Assembly (NCBI GenBank): GCA_964457085.1
Contig: CAYWDM010000001.1
Coordinates: 111,690 to 175,689, forward strand
Source: an uncultured Pseudomonadales bacterium
GTDB lineage: Bacteria; Patescibacteriota; Microgenomatia; UBA1400; PJMF01
Length of the DNA: 64,000 nucleotides
Direction: 5' to 3'
In this document: positions 9,642 to 19,047 of the stretch, piece after piece
Layout of the letters: the number at the start of each line of letters is the position of its first letter
How positions within the stretch are numbered: the first letter of the stretch is position 1
Translations under genes and position numbers: made by a program
Notes under the pieces: model-generated
The model's database searches: none
The model's input: the letters and a program-made list of their open reading frames with translations, nothing else
What the model was told of the DNA's origin: nothing

Positions 9642-10634
9642 ATGCCTCAAGATCCAATCAATCTTCAGTACACTACTATCAAGTCACCACTCCCTGATTT
9701 CATTTACGATGGGTTGAAACAATTTTCTGCAACAGCTAACGCCTATCAGCCACAACCGAAGATCCTAATTGATAAGCTCGCTGCCAAACACCACTTGCCT
9801 AGTGAACTGTTTTTCTTGACTGCCGGCATTGATGAAGCCATTCAAATGTTAATTCTGACGTACAGCAAGAATACCTTTGTATTTACCCCAACATACATTG
9901 TCTATGCTGATGTCGAGGTTTTTGGCGGCAAACTAACTCGCCTTCCTTCGATTATCGACTCCACATTTACCATTGATCCTCAACACATCCCCGGTGCTTC
10001 ATTAATTTTTCTTGCAAATCCAAACAATCCTTCTGGATTTACTGAAAAGTCTGTTGTAATGGAGTTAATTAAAAATAACCCCCAAGCAATTGTAGTCATC
10101 GATGAGGCTTATGGTGAGTTTGCAGAACTCTCAGTTATTGATGAAGTTCCAAAATATCCAAACTTAGTGGTGATGCGCAGTTTTTCTAAAGCATATAGCA
10201 TGGCTGGTAATCGAGTTGGTTATATCGTCGCAGCTCCGAATATCATTGCTGCCTGTCGCAATAAAGTGCAGTGGTCAAACATCTCGTACCTTTCGATAGG
10301 TGCAGCAGTGGTAGCACTCAACCATGAGAACTATTTTTTGGATCTGAGACAAAAAATTGGCCAGAGTAGGGATGAACTCCGTGAATTTTTAGTTGCCCAA
10401 GGTTTTAGTGTCCTGCCCTCAAAAATTAATGCTCTACTATTGCGGTTCTCATCTGAGACAGCTGGAACTGAGTTTGCTGAGTTCTTAACTGCTGAAGGTT
10501 TTATCATCAGCCATGGCAACGGGAATAGTAATATTGGTCTGGATAAATCGTTTGTCAGAATTGCGATTGGTACAGATGAACAGCTGGCAAAATTGCGTCA
10601 ATCCATTCTAAAATTCCACAGCGTGTTACAATAA
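9642..10634 (+). CDS. Class I/II PLP-dependent aminotransferase (HisC-like)
   Basis: RSFSKAYSMAGNRVGYIVA, a PLP-lysine motif of the histidinol-phosphate aminotransferase type. Confidence 0.65.
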   Translation: MPQDPINLQYTTIKSPLPDFIYDGLKQFSATANAYQPQPKILIDKLAAKHHLPSELFFLTAGIDEAIQMLILTYSKNTFVFTPTYIVYADVEVFGGKLTRLPSIIDSTFTIDPQHIPGASLIFLANPNNPSGFTEKSVVMELIKNNPQAIVVIDEAYGEFAELSVIDEVPKYPNLVVMRSFSKAYSMAGNRVGYIVAAPNIIAACRNKVQWSNISYLSIGAAVVALNHENYFLDLRQKIGQSRDELREFLVAQGFSVLPSKINALLLRFSSETAGTEFAEFLTAEGFIISHGNGNSNIGLDKSFVRIAIGTDEQLAKLRQSILKFHSVLQ

Positions 10635-10639
10635 ACACA

Positions 10640-10846
10640 GTGTTGATCCGCCTGGCAGGCGGGGAGCTATAACAAGTTCAGATAAAGCGGATAGGCAGAA
10701 TTGCGTTTCAGCCTATCAAAGGGGGTGGAACCGCGATTCCGCTCAGGATCTTAAAATCCTGACTAGAACCGTCCCTCTACAGTATTTTTTAATTAAATTG
10801 CTGTGGAGCGACGGTTTTTTATTACCCACCACAGCCGAAAGGTTTC
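10640..10846 (+). promoter_or_regulatory. T-box leader upstream of glyQS
   Basis: Exact T-box core AGGGGGTGGAACCGCG at 10720-10735 (consensus AGGGUGGNACCGCG). The variable N is A, complementary to the U73 discriminator usual in tRNA-Gly. A GGC codon occurs in a 5' hairpin (ccgcctGGCaggcgg). A ~200 nt structured leader directly precedes an aaRS gene. Confidence 0.55.
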
Positions 10847-12265
10847 ATGACTGACCAAATCCAGTCACCTCAACCACTTACACTCGACACCATCGTGGCA
10901 CTAGCCAAACGTCGAGGTTTTGTATTTCCCACCTCTGCAATTTATGGCGGTCTTGCCAACTCATATGACTATGGTCCACTCGGAGTCCAACTACTAAAAA
11001 ACATTAAAGATGCCTGGTGGCAGAGTTTTATCACTTCTAGACCTGACATGGTTGGACTTGACAGTCAGATAATGCTCCATCCTCGTACCTGGGAAGCTTC
11101 TGGTCACGTAGCTTCGTTTAGTGATCCTTTAGTTGAAGATCTCAAAACCAACAAGCGCTATCGAGCTGATCATTTGATCAAAGCCTGGCTGGCAACACAA
11201 ACTGATGAGACTCTTCGTGCCACCTCAGTTGAAGACATGAAAATAGAGGACATGGCGAAGTTTATCCTCGATCATCAAATTAAAAGTCCTGAAGGTAATC
11301 AAATCTCAGCACCTCGCTCTTTTAATCTCTTATTTGAGACTGCAATTGGTGCTGTCGCTGGTGAAAAATCCAAGGTCTATCTACGTGGTGAAACCGCACA
11401 GGGAATTTTTAGTAACTTTAAACAAGTACTGGACACCACTCGTACCAAACTACCATTTGGAGTTGGACAAATCGGAAAAAGTTTTCGCAATGAAATTACC
11501 ACTGGTCAGTTCATCTTCAGAACCTTTGAATTTGAGCAAGCAGAAATTGAGTACTTCTTCAACCCAGCACTGAGTGATTGGCAACAAATCATGAGCGACT
11601 GGAAAGACTCAATGTGGAGTTTTGTCACACAGAAACTGGGCATCCAGCAGGAACATCTGCGATGGCGCCAACACACCGATAAAGAACGCAGTCACTATAG
11701 TAAAGACACCTACGACCTGGATTATGAATATCCATTTGGGTGGAGTGAGCTTTGGGGAGTGGCTTACCGTACTGATTATGACCTCAAGCAGCATATGCAA
11801 TTTAGTGGTGAATCTCTTGAGTACATCGATCCATCCACTGGTGAGCGATTTGTACCACATGTGATTGAACCCGCAGTTGGTGTTAACCGCCTATTACTCA
11901 TGGTGCTCTGTGATGCATATTCTTTTGACAGTGAAAAACAGCGAACTGTACTTAAATTCGCACCAAGCATCGCTCCATACAAAGCAGCGATCTTTCCACT
12001 GGTCAAAAACAAACCAGAATTAGTCGGTTTAGCCCAAACTATTTTTGCAAGTCTATCCAAAAAGACTGCTGTTGCTTGGGATGACCGAGGTAATATCGGT
12101 AAACGATATTTAGCTCAAGATGAGATTGGTACTCCAATTTGTATCACCGTTGACTATCAATCACTTGAGGATCAAACGGTTACCATTCGACATCGTGACA
12201 GTGCTCTACAAGAACGACTACCAATAGAAAAACTTGAGGCATACATCGTAGCTATGATAAGCTGA
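10847..12265 (+). CDS. glyQS: Glycyl-tRNA synthetase, alpha2 (GlyQS) type
   Basis: AIYGGLANSYDYGPLGVQLLKNIKDAWWQ and class II aaRS motifs throughout. Confidence 0.9.
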   Translation: MTDQIQSPQPLTLDTIVALAKRRGFVFPTSAIYGGLANSYDYGPLGVQLLKNIKDAWWQSFITSRPDMVGLDSQIMLHPRTWEASGHVASFSDPLVEDLKTNKRYRADHLIKAWLATQTDETLRATSVEDMKIEDMAKFILDHQIKSPEGNQISAPRSFNLLFETAIGAVAGEKSKVYLRGETAQGIFSNFKQVLDTTRTKLPFGVGQIGKSFRNEITTGQFIFRTFEFEQAEIEYFFNPALSDWQQIMSDWKDSMWSFVTQKLGIQQEHLRWRQHTDKERSHYSKDTYDLDYEYPFGWSELWGVAYRTDYDLKQHMQFSGESLEYIDPSTGERFVPHVIEPAVGVNRLLLMVLCDAYSFDSEKQRTVLKFAPSIAPYKAAIFPLVKNKPELVGLAQTIFASLSKKTAVAWDDRGNIGKRYLAQDEIGTPICITVDYQSLEDQTVTIRHRDSALQERLPIEKLEAYIVAMIS

Positions 12266-12273
12266 AAGGAATA

Positions 12274-13083
12274 ATGAAAAAAAATCTCCCACTCATTGTA
12301 GGTGCTGCACTAGTTTTGGCGTTAGTTGGCGGTGCTGTTGTCATGAAACTCAATAATAAGCCACAGCAAACAGTTGAAACCGAACCAGAAAAAAAGAAAA
12401 AGGTGAGCGAACCAATTAATGCTATTGCAGTTAGTGATCGACCATATCTAACTGTCGAACCACTTGCAGATGGTAGAAATATTCTGATCAAGGTATTCAG
12501 TCTCAAAAAACCTGCTACTGAAGCAGAATATGAGCTCGAATATCAAGCAGGTTCATTGTTGCAGGGTGCATTTGGCAATATAAAAATCCCTAGCGTTCCA
12601 GCTGAGACCAAAATTTTACTAGGCAGCTGTTCAGCTGGTGGTGCCTGCACTTACCATGAGGATGTTAGAGGTGGCACTATCATTACTCGATTTAAAGGTG
12701 ACGAAAACTACGCACTTAAAAACGAGTGGAAATATATTGACAACAAAACCAAGGACAATGAATTTAGTTCTAAGGATGCCAAGTTCCAGATAGCGGCAGA
12801 CTCACTCAAAAAAGTACGCTTCATAACTATTACCAACAGTCCGGGATACCCAGAGGAGCCCACTGGAGTAGTCGTATCTGAGGTCTATGCGCTATCCACT
12901 GGTAGTGAGCTAACTGGCACGGCCAAAGTCTCGATCCGAGCCAAAGAAACTGGAGATCTAACCGTCATGGGTTGGGATGGCAAAACATGGACGGCACTGA
13001 CCACCACACTTGCCACTGATGATAATAAGATGGCACAGGCCGATGGCAAACTAATGCAACTCTACCTGGTTGTAAAAAAATAG
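12274..13083 (+). CDS. Hypothetical secreted / membrane-anchored protein
   Basis: N-terminal signal/TM segment (LPLIVGAALVLALVGGAVV) followed by a Lys-rich linker. RBS AAAGGA upstream. Confidence 0.5.
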   Translation: MKKNLPLIVGAALVLALVGGAVVMKLNNKPQQTVETEPEKKKKVSEPINAIAVSDRPYLTVEPLADGRNILIKVFSLKKPATEAEYELEYQAGSLLQGAFGNIKIPSVPAETKILLGSCSAGGACTYHEDVRGGTIITRFKGDENYALKNEWKYIDNKTKDNEFSSKDAKFQIAADSLKKVRFITITNSPGYPEEPTGVVVSEVYALSTGSELTGTAKVSIRAKETGDLTVMGWDGKTWTALTTTLATDDNKMAQADGKLMQLYLVVKK

Positions 13084-13107
13084 CCTCATAACTTTGTTAC
13101 AGGATTA

Positions 13108-13136
13108 GCGCTTGGCCAAAAACCAGGCGCTTTTTT
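13108..13136 (+). terminator. Rho-independent terminator
   Basis: GCGCTTGG / CCAGGCGC stem (one G-T pair) followed by TTTTTT. Confidence 0.5.
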
Positions 13137-13283
13137 GTGGTGTCTGCCAGTTTTCTACAAACTGACTATTTTCCATTTTCTTGACCAACAAACCCGAAAC
13201 AAGCTGACTATTGCATCAGTGTTTGTGGAGTGTTAATTTAATTATGGTAAAAAATGGTAAAAAATCCTATATAATTTCAGCAA

Positions 13284-13706
13284 ATGTTCATAGGCAAGTA
13301 CTATCATCGGCTGGAAAGCAATCAAAGGATTTCATTACCAAAAAAGTTTCGTGACCAAAGCGAAAGTTGGGTGGTAACTAGAGGTTTGGACGGATGTTTA
13401 TTTCTGTTTAAACCTGAAACCTTCCAAAGCGAAATCGCTGAGATCGCAAACCGCTCTTTGACAAAAAAAACTAATCGAGACTTAGTTCGGTTAATGACCA
13501 ATGAGGCACAAGAAGTTATTTCTGATGACAATGGTCGAGTACATCTGCCCGAGTACTTGATTGAGTTTGCCAAACTTCAAAAAGATGTCGTCGTGGTTGG
13601 CAGCTTAAACAGAGTGGAACTCTGGGATCAAAGTGCCTATCACGAATATGTCGCTAAACTGGAACTCTCAGCCGAGACCATCGCAGAAAGTATTGATGCA
13701 AACTGA
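13284..13706 (+). CDS. mraZ: Transcriptional regulator MraZ
   Basis: MFIGKYYHRLESNQRISLPKKFR, the hallmark MraZ N-terminus. First gene of the dcw cluster. TATAAT -10 box at 13268-13273. Confidence 0.9.
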   Translation: MFIGKYYHRLESNQRISLPKKFRDQSESWVVTRGLDGCLFLFKPETFQSEIAEIANRSLTKKTNRDLVRLMTNEAQEVISDDNGRVHLPEYLIEFAKLQKDVVVVGSLNRVELWDQSAYHEYVAKLELSAETIAESIDAN

Positions 13707-14601
13707 CCAACACCAAGCCGTTTTATTACACGAGGCAGTTGAATTACTCAACGTCAGGACTGGTGACTGGTATGTTGATGGGACTTTTGGTCGAGGTGGT
13801 CACACTGAAGCAATTCTTAAGTTGGGAGGCAATGTCATCGCTTTTGATTATGACGAACAAGCAATTCTTGCCGGACAAACTAGATTTGCGACCGAAATTG
13901 CAAACTCAAGACTGATCCTGGTTCGAGAAAATTTCGCCGCTCTCAAGACTATCCTGCCAACTCTCCCTGAGTATGCTGCAAAAATTTCTGGAGCCTTGTT
14001 TGACTTTGGAACCAGTATCGAGCAATTACGCTATGACCAACGAGGTCTGAGCTTTCTCAATGCTGCTGCACCGCTCGACATGAGACTAGACGCAAGGTTG
14101 GGTGTCACTGCTGCGGACTTGATCATGGTCTTACCAGAAAAACAGCTTGCCGATTTATTCTTCGAGGCTGGTGGAGAACTACGCGCTAAAGCCATTGCTA
14201 GAGCAATCGCCAAAGCAAAGAAAAAAGGCGTGGTTTACGCCACCACCGGTGATTTACTCAAAACCATCGGTTCAATCTCAGCTCACCGCCAAGGTCATTT
14301 GCACCCCGCAACTAAAGTCTTCCAAGCACTTCGTATCGCTGTAAACAATGAGCTCAGCAATATTAGTGATGGAATGCCGGTAGTATTTGAAGTGTTACAG
14401 CCAGCATCTCGATTAGTAACGATCGCTTTCCATGAGGGAGAGGATCGAATTGTCAAACAACTCTTTAAGAATTGGGAACAACTCAATTTGGGGACTAGCA
14501 TCACCAAAAAACCAATTGTTCCAAGTCCTGAAGAAATTAACAGTAATAGTAGAAGTCGCAGCGCTAAGCTTCGAGCCATAGAAAAAAATCATGCAAACTA
14601 A
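13696..14601 (+). CDS. rsmH: 16S rRNA m4C1402 methyltransferase RsmH (MraW)
   Basis: YVDGTFGRGGHTEAIL SAM-binding motif. The internal ATG at 13696 is preferred over the 13633 start in the track. Overlaps the mraZ stop. Confidence 0.85.
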   Translation: MQTDQHQAVLLHEAVELLNVRTGDWYVDGTFGRGGHTEAILKLGGNVIAFDYDEQAILAGQTRFATEIANSRLILVRENFAALKTILPTLPEYAAKISGALFDFGTSIEQLRYDQRGLSFLNAAAPLDMRLDARLGVTAADLIMVLPEKQLADLFFEAGGELRAKAIARAIAKAKKKGVVYATTGDLLKTIGSISAHRQGHLHPATKVFQALRIAVNNELSNISDGMPVVFEVLQPASRLVTIAFHEGEDRIVKQLFKNWEQLNLGTSITKKPIVPSPEEINSNSRSRSAKLRAIEKNHAN

Positions 14602-14887
14602 TCGCACCAATACCTTATATGCCACATGGTATTCAATCGGTGTCTTACTCCTGATTTTTCAAGCAGTTTCAACTGTCTATCAACTGAGTACTACCATCAG
14701 TGATGGCCAAAAAATTGCAAAACTCCAACGCGATCATCAAGAATTAACCAACCAAAAAACAACGTCCGAACAGCTTGCAACTTCATTAGTGGCAATTTCC
14801 CAGATCAAAGAACAGTTGCCTGCCGGTTTTGGTGCAGTCACCAAGCCACTGATTGTACGCACCAGTGACAGTGTTGCTTCAAGGTAA
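14591..14887 (+). CDS. ftsL: FtsL-like cell-division protein
   Basis: 98 aa with a single TM helix followed by a coiled-coil region. Sits in the canonical position between rsmH and ftsI. Confidence 0.5.
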   Translation: MQTNRTNTLYATWYSIGVLLLIFQAVSTVYQLSTTISDGQKIAKLQRDHQELTNQKTTSEQLATSLVAISQIKEQLPAGFGAVTKPLIVRTSDSVASR

Positions 14888-14899
14888 TAGACTATCCAC

Positions 14900-16681
14900 A
14901 TGGCACATTTGCCAATCACAGCCCATCAAGATCAACACTCTCATTCAACTAGAGGCAAGGTTTTTTTGTCATTGGTCTTTGTATCGCTTTTTTTCGTAAT
15001 TATCAGACTCGGATTTTGGCAAATAGTGAAAGGCAAGGAACTTCGAAGTGTGGCTGAACGGCAGTCACAGCGACAACTGAAAACTGCAGGGGACAGAGGA
15101 AAAATCTATACCAGCGACAACCACCTGTTGGTCTCAAATCAAGATTACTTTCGGGTGATGCTCAGCAAAGAGTTGCAAAAAGATCCAGCCGTCAGCATTG
15201 TTGATCGACTTGCCCCATTACTAATCGAAGCTGATCCTGAATATCTCCAAGCCTCCTCTGCGGCACAGCGAGAAGAGTTTACTTTGGCATTTACTGAAAA
15301 ACTCACCAAACAATTAAATCGTGACAGCAAATGGATTCAACTTAAAGCAAAAGTCCCAGCTGTCACAAAAGCTAAAATAGAGCTAATCAATCTGAGTGGA
15401 GTAACATTTGAATCATTTAGAGGCAGATATTACCCCGAAGCTTCGATGGCAGCTCATTTATTGGGGTTTGTGGGTAAAAATGATATTGGCGAAGACGTAG
15501 GATACTTTGGACTTGAGGGAGCACTAAACGAAGAACTGACAGGAAAAGTCGATAAACGTTTGGTCTTTACCGATGCCCTCGGACGTGCCTTACCTGGACA
15601 AGACTCAAGTGGCAACCGGGTGATTGATGGACGCGATATCGTATTAACTATTCGGCGAGATCTGCAAAACTTGGCAGAGAGCGAATTGTCTCGAGGCATC
15701 AGAAAATATGGTGCCCGCTCAGGTGAAATCATCATGATGGATCCAAATACAGGCAAGATATTAGCCCTCGCTACCTGGCCAAAGTACGATCCATATAGCT
15801 ACTTTATCTCACCAACCAGTTTGTATAAAAACCCCAGTGTGATTGATACATATGAGCCCGGCTCTACTTTTAAGACAATTACCGTTGCGGCAGCCCTGGA
15901 TGCTGGTGTAATCAACCCAGAAACTCAATGTCCTGTTTGTGCAGTTCCTCGTGAAATAGCAGGCCATGTAATTAAAACTTGGAACAATGAATATCACCCA
16001 AATATCACGATCACTGATGCCTTAGCCAAGTCAGACAATGTGGCCATGATTTATGTGTCTGATTTGCTTGGTCGTGACCGATTTGTCGAATACATCAAAA
16101 AATTCGGCATTAGTGAACCACTAAAAATTGACTTACAAGATGACACTAAAACACCTTTCCCCAGCAAGTGGGGACCGGTTGAGATTGCTACAGCATCTTT
16201 TGGTCAAGGAATCAGTACTACTAGCATGCAATTAATGCGTGCCGTGGGTGTAATCGCAAATGGAGGCAAATTAATGCGGCCTACAATCATCGAAAAGGTG
16301 ATTGATCACCAACTTAACAAAACAATCACTATCGAACCCATTGTGGAAAGGCAAGTAATTAGCCCAGCTGCAGCAGCCAGTGCCGCCAAAATGATGATTT
16401 ACTCAGCACACCACGGCGAAGCACAGTGGACAGTTTCCAAGCACTATACTGTGGCTGCAAAAACAGGTACCTCACAAGTCGTAACCGATGGAAAATATGA
16501 CGAAAATAAAACGATTGCCAGTTTTATCGGCTTCGCTCCACCAGAAAATCCAAAAGTACTAATGTTGGTCAAGTTCAATGAACCCAGCTCAAGCATTTGG
16601 GCAGCCGAAACTGCTGCACCAACTTGGTATGCTGTGGCTGAGAAAGCGTTCTTGCTGCTCAATATTCCTGCAGATCAATAG
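14900..16681 (+). CDS. ftsI: Penicillin-binding protein (FtsI/PBP2-class transpeptidase)
   Basis: SGSTFKTITVAAALDAG (SXXK), SDN, and KTGTSQ (KTG) transpeptidase motifs. Confidence 0.85.
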   Translation: MAHLPITAHQDQHSHSTRGKVFLSLVFVSLFFVIIRLGFWQIVKGKELRSVAERQSQRQLKTAGDRGKIYTSDNHLLVSNQDYFRVMLSKELQKDPAVSIVDRLAPLLIEADPEYLQASSAAQREEFTLAFTEKLTKQLNRDSKWIQLKAKVPAVTKAKIELINLSGVTFESFRGRYYPEASMAAHLLGFVGKNDIGEDVGYFGLEGALNEELTGKVDKRLVFTDALGRALPGQDSSGNRVIDGRDIVLTIRRDLQNLAESELSRGIRKYGARSGEIIMMDPNTGKILALATWPKYDPYSYFISPTSLYKNPSVIDTYEPGSTFKTITVAAALDAGVINPETQCPVCAVPREIAGHVIKTWNNEYHPNITITDALAKSDNVAMIYVSDLLGRDRFVEYIKKFGISEPLKIDLQDDTKTPFPSKWGPVEIATASFGQGISTTSMQLMRAVGVIANGGKLMRPTIIEKVIDHQLNKTITIEPIVERQVISPAAAASAAKMMIYSAHHGEAQWTVSKHYTVAAKTGTSQVVTDGKYDENKTIASFIGFAPPENPKVLMLVKFNEPSSSIWAAETAAPTWYAVAEKAFLLLNIPADQ

Positions 16682-16711
16682 TTCACCTCGGAAAAAATAC
16701 TCCTGAAAATT

Positions 16712-17542
16712 TTAGTCAATTTTTTGGTCTGCTAGTTGCAGAATTTTTTCCAAATCTTGCTGTGTTTCTTCTGGACTCCCTTTGAGTGTAATCGAAACTC
16801 TGGTTTGATTGCGTGAGCGAATTAATTTTAAGGCAGTTGGAGTGGTAAAGTACTCCTTGAACTTGGTTTCCCATTTCTTGACCTCCTCATCAGGTTGTGA
16901 AATTGGACGACCATGTCCAGCAGATTCACCCTTATTGGCAGAATCTTTAAATCTTCTGGCCAGTTCTTCTGCCCGGCGAACCGAAGCATTTTCCTTGAGA
17001 ATAATCTTGTAACACTCAATCATGTCCTGCTCGTCTTCGATGCCAAAAATTGCCCGAGCATGACCCTCAGTAATCTGTTGGCCTAACAAGCCATCACTAA
17101 TAGCGTCAGGTAAATCAAGTAATTTGATAGTGTTGCTAATGTATCCTGCAGATTTGCCGATTCTCTGTGCCACAGTACTTGCTGGCAGACCAAATTCTCG
17201 AATCAATCTTTGGAAAGCCTGTGCTCGTTCGATTGGATTGAGATCGGTGCGTTGCAGATTCTCTACAATCGCCATCTCCAGCATCCCTTTTGGAGTGGTT
17301 TTTTTGATGTGTACCGGCACGTCAGTTAGACCTGCAATTTTTGCGGCTCTCCAGCGTCGCTCACCTGCGATAATTTGATAGCCAGCTGGGGTTTCGGCAA
17401 CTACTAATGGCTCCAAAATCCCATACAATTTTATTGATTCAACTAACTCAGCAATTTCTTCTTTTTTAACTTTCTCTCTGGGTTGAAATGGGTTTGGCTG
17501 CAGGTTATTGATTGGTAGGGTTTGAATAGCTTGATTAGTCAT
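16712..17542 (-). CDS. parB: Chromosome partitioning protein ParB/Spo0J
   Basis: LEPLVVAETPAGYQIIAGERRWRAAKIAGLTDVPV, the ParB box. Confidence 0.85.
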   Translation of the reverse strand: MTNQAIQTLPINNLQPNPFQPREKVKKEEIAELVESIKLYGILEPLVVAETPAGYQIIAGERRWRAAKIAGLTDVPVHIKKTTPKGMLEMAIVENLQRTDLNPIERAQAFQRLIREFGLPASTVAQRIGKSAGYISNTIKLLDLPDAISDGLLGQQITEGHARAIFGIEDEQDMIECYKIILKENASVRRAEELARRFKDSANKGESAGHGRPISQPDEEVKKWETKFKEYFTTPTALKLIRSRNQTRVSITLKGSPEETQQDLEKILQLADQKID

Positions 17543-17618
17543 ATGCTTGATATACCATAATCATCACCTTTTTCACAAGGGGATTTTCACAAGCGAATTA
17601 AAAAGTAGCCTAGTAGCA

Positions 17619-17653
17619 ACAAAAAAGCTGCGTTTTGCGCAGCTTTTTACAAA
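17619..17653. terminator. Palindromic bidirectional terminator (copy 1 of a 35-bp exact repeat)
   Basis: aacaaaaaAGCTGCGttttCGCAGCTttttacaaa: 7-bp perfect stem, TTTT loop, A-run 5' and T-run 3'. Confidence 0.6.
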
Positions 17654-17668
17654 AAATAATCAAAAAAA

Positions 17669-18646
17669 CTATTTGACTACATTCATAATACTAAGCCAGT
17701 CATGGGCTTGCATCATTGACTGTTTTTTAACCCAATCTGGTAGATCTTTAACTACGTCCTGGAGACTAATGGCATCACCTTCAAGAACAGCAGTAACATA
17801 ATGATTTTTACCTACAGTGACATCAACAAATGAACCGTTGCCATCGGTATAATAGTTGAATTTTACATCGCCTTTTTTTGACTCTTCGACTCCAGCTAGT
17901 ACCTGTTTAACCTCGTCCTGCCACTCACGCACGACAGTTTCTCGACGATCCTGCTCATCAGGCGCGTCTGTTCTGTGCTGGATATATAAGTCACCCAAAT
18001 CTGAAATCTTAAAGAATCCATCGCCATCTTTGATTCCTAATTCATCTAGCGCCTTGAACGCGGGTAGAATTTTTTTCTTATGCTCTGCTGACTTCTTGTA
18101 ATTAACATTCATTAAATGAAGAGTTCCATTGGCGTCGAGAAAACCAAGCTGCTGATTCATACCTAGAAAAAAAGTATCGCCACTAAACGACATCGTTCTC
18201 GTTGGCTTAAGTGCTTGCAATGCCAAAATAAAATCCTTTGCATCAGCATACTCTACATATTCACGTCCTTCTTTTTCGCCTAATTCAGACTTCTTCAAAG
18301 TTGGAACCACTTCCTCAATGAATTTTCTAGCTTGAGAATTCACACCAGAATTTTCTGCATAAAATGTTGAGAATCCATCTGGTTCAGGTTTATCAACCTG
18401 ATCTTGCACAATCTCCTTGAGTGATGAAACAAACGCAACTTCATCCAGCTCAGGTGTATCAAGCAGTTTATTGATCTGGGCGATGGTAGCATCTCCGGAT
18501 TCATTATTTGCTCTAGAAGCTGCTCTTACTATATTTACGACTTCTGTTGAAATTGCTGGACCAAATCTTCCCTCAACTTTCTGAACCAAATCATTTAGTC
18601 GAGTTGCGTATGTCTCAAAAGGGATTGTTTTGTGAAATTCAGTCAT
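17669..18646 (-). CDS. Hypothetical cytoplasmic protein
   Basis: 325 aa ORF with host-like composition and no recognisable motifs. Flanked on both sides by the identical 35-bp terminator. Confidence 0.5.
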   Translation of the reverse strand: MTEFHKTIPFETYATRLNDLVQKVEGRFGPAISTEVVNIVRAASRANNESGDATIAQINKLLDTPELDEVAFVSSLKEIVQDQVDKPEPDGFSTFYAENSGVNSQARKFIEEVVPTLKKSELGEKEGREYVEYADAKDFILALQALKPTRTMSFSGDTFFLGMNQQLGFLDANGTLHLMNVNYKKSAEHKKKILPAFKALDELGIKDGDGFFKISDLGDLYIQHRTDAPDEQDRRETVVREWQDEVKQVLAGVEESKKGDVKFNYYTDGNGSFVDVTVGKNHYVTAVLEGDAISLQDVVKDLPDWVKKQSMMQAHDWLSIMNVVK

Positions 18647-18727
18647 TATTCTTTCGTAAAATAGATATCAAAGTTCAGTATCTCACGATATATAACAGAA
18701 CGTCAATCCACTGTGAAGCTTGATTAA

Positions 18728-18763
18728 AACAAAAAAGCTGCGTTTTGCGCAGCTTTTTACAAA
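18728..18763. terminator. Palindromic bidirectional terminator (copy 2 of the 35-bp exact repeat)
   Basis: Same sequence as 17619-17653. Lies downstream of rpmA. Confidence 0.6.
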
Positions 18764-18777
18764 TTCAATAAAAAAGA

Positions 18778-19035
18778 TTATTGATTAACGACGTTAACCA
18801 CAACCTTACCAAGTCGGCGACTGAAGGAAACGACGCCTTCAACCAGTGCGTGCAAAGTATAATCCTTGCCCATACCTACATTTTTGCCTGGCTTGTAGTT
18901 GGCACCTTTTTGACGAATCAAAATATTGCCAGCAATCACAGTTTCACCACCAGCTTTTTTCAAGCCTAAGTGACGACCTCTGCGTTTACCTTGTGCGTGT
19001 TGAATAACGCTACCAGAACCTTTGACGTGTGCCAT
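18778..19035 (-). CDS. rpmA: 50S ribosomal protein L27
   Basis: MAHVKGSGS...[27 protein letters not shown]; no N-terminal propeptide. Confidence 0.9.
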   Translation of the reverse strand: MAHVKGSGSVIQHAQGKRRGRHLGLKKAGGETVIAGNILIRQKGANYKPGKNVGMGKDYTLHALVEGVVSFSRRLGKVVVNVVNQ

Positions 19036-19047
19036 ATATATTTCTCC

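Noticed and set aside
13633-13695. Extended N-terminus of rsmH (MPITNMSLNWNS...)
   Set aside because: It would overlap mraZ by 74 nt. The internal ATG at 13696 gives the canonical RsmH start.
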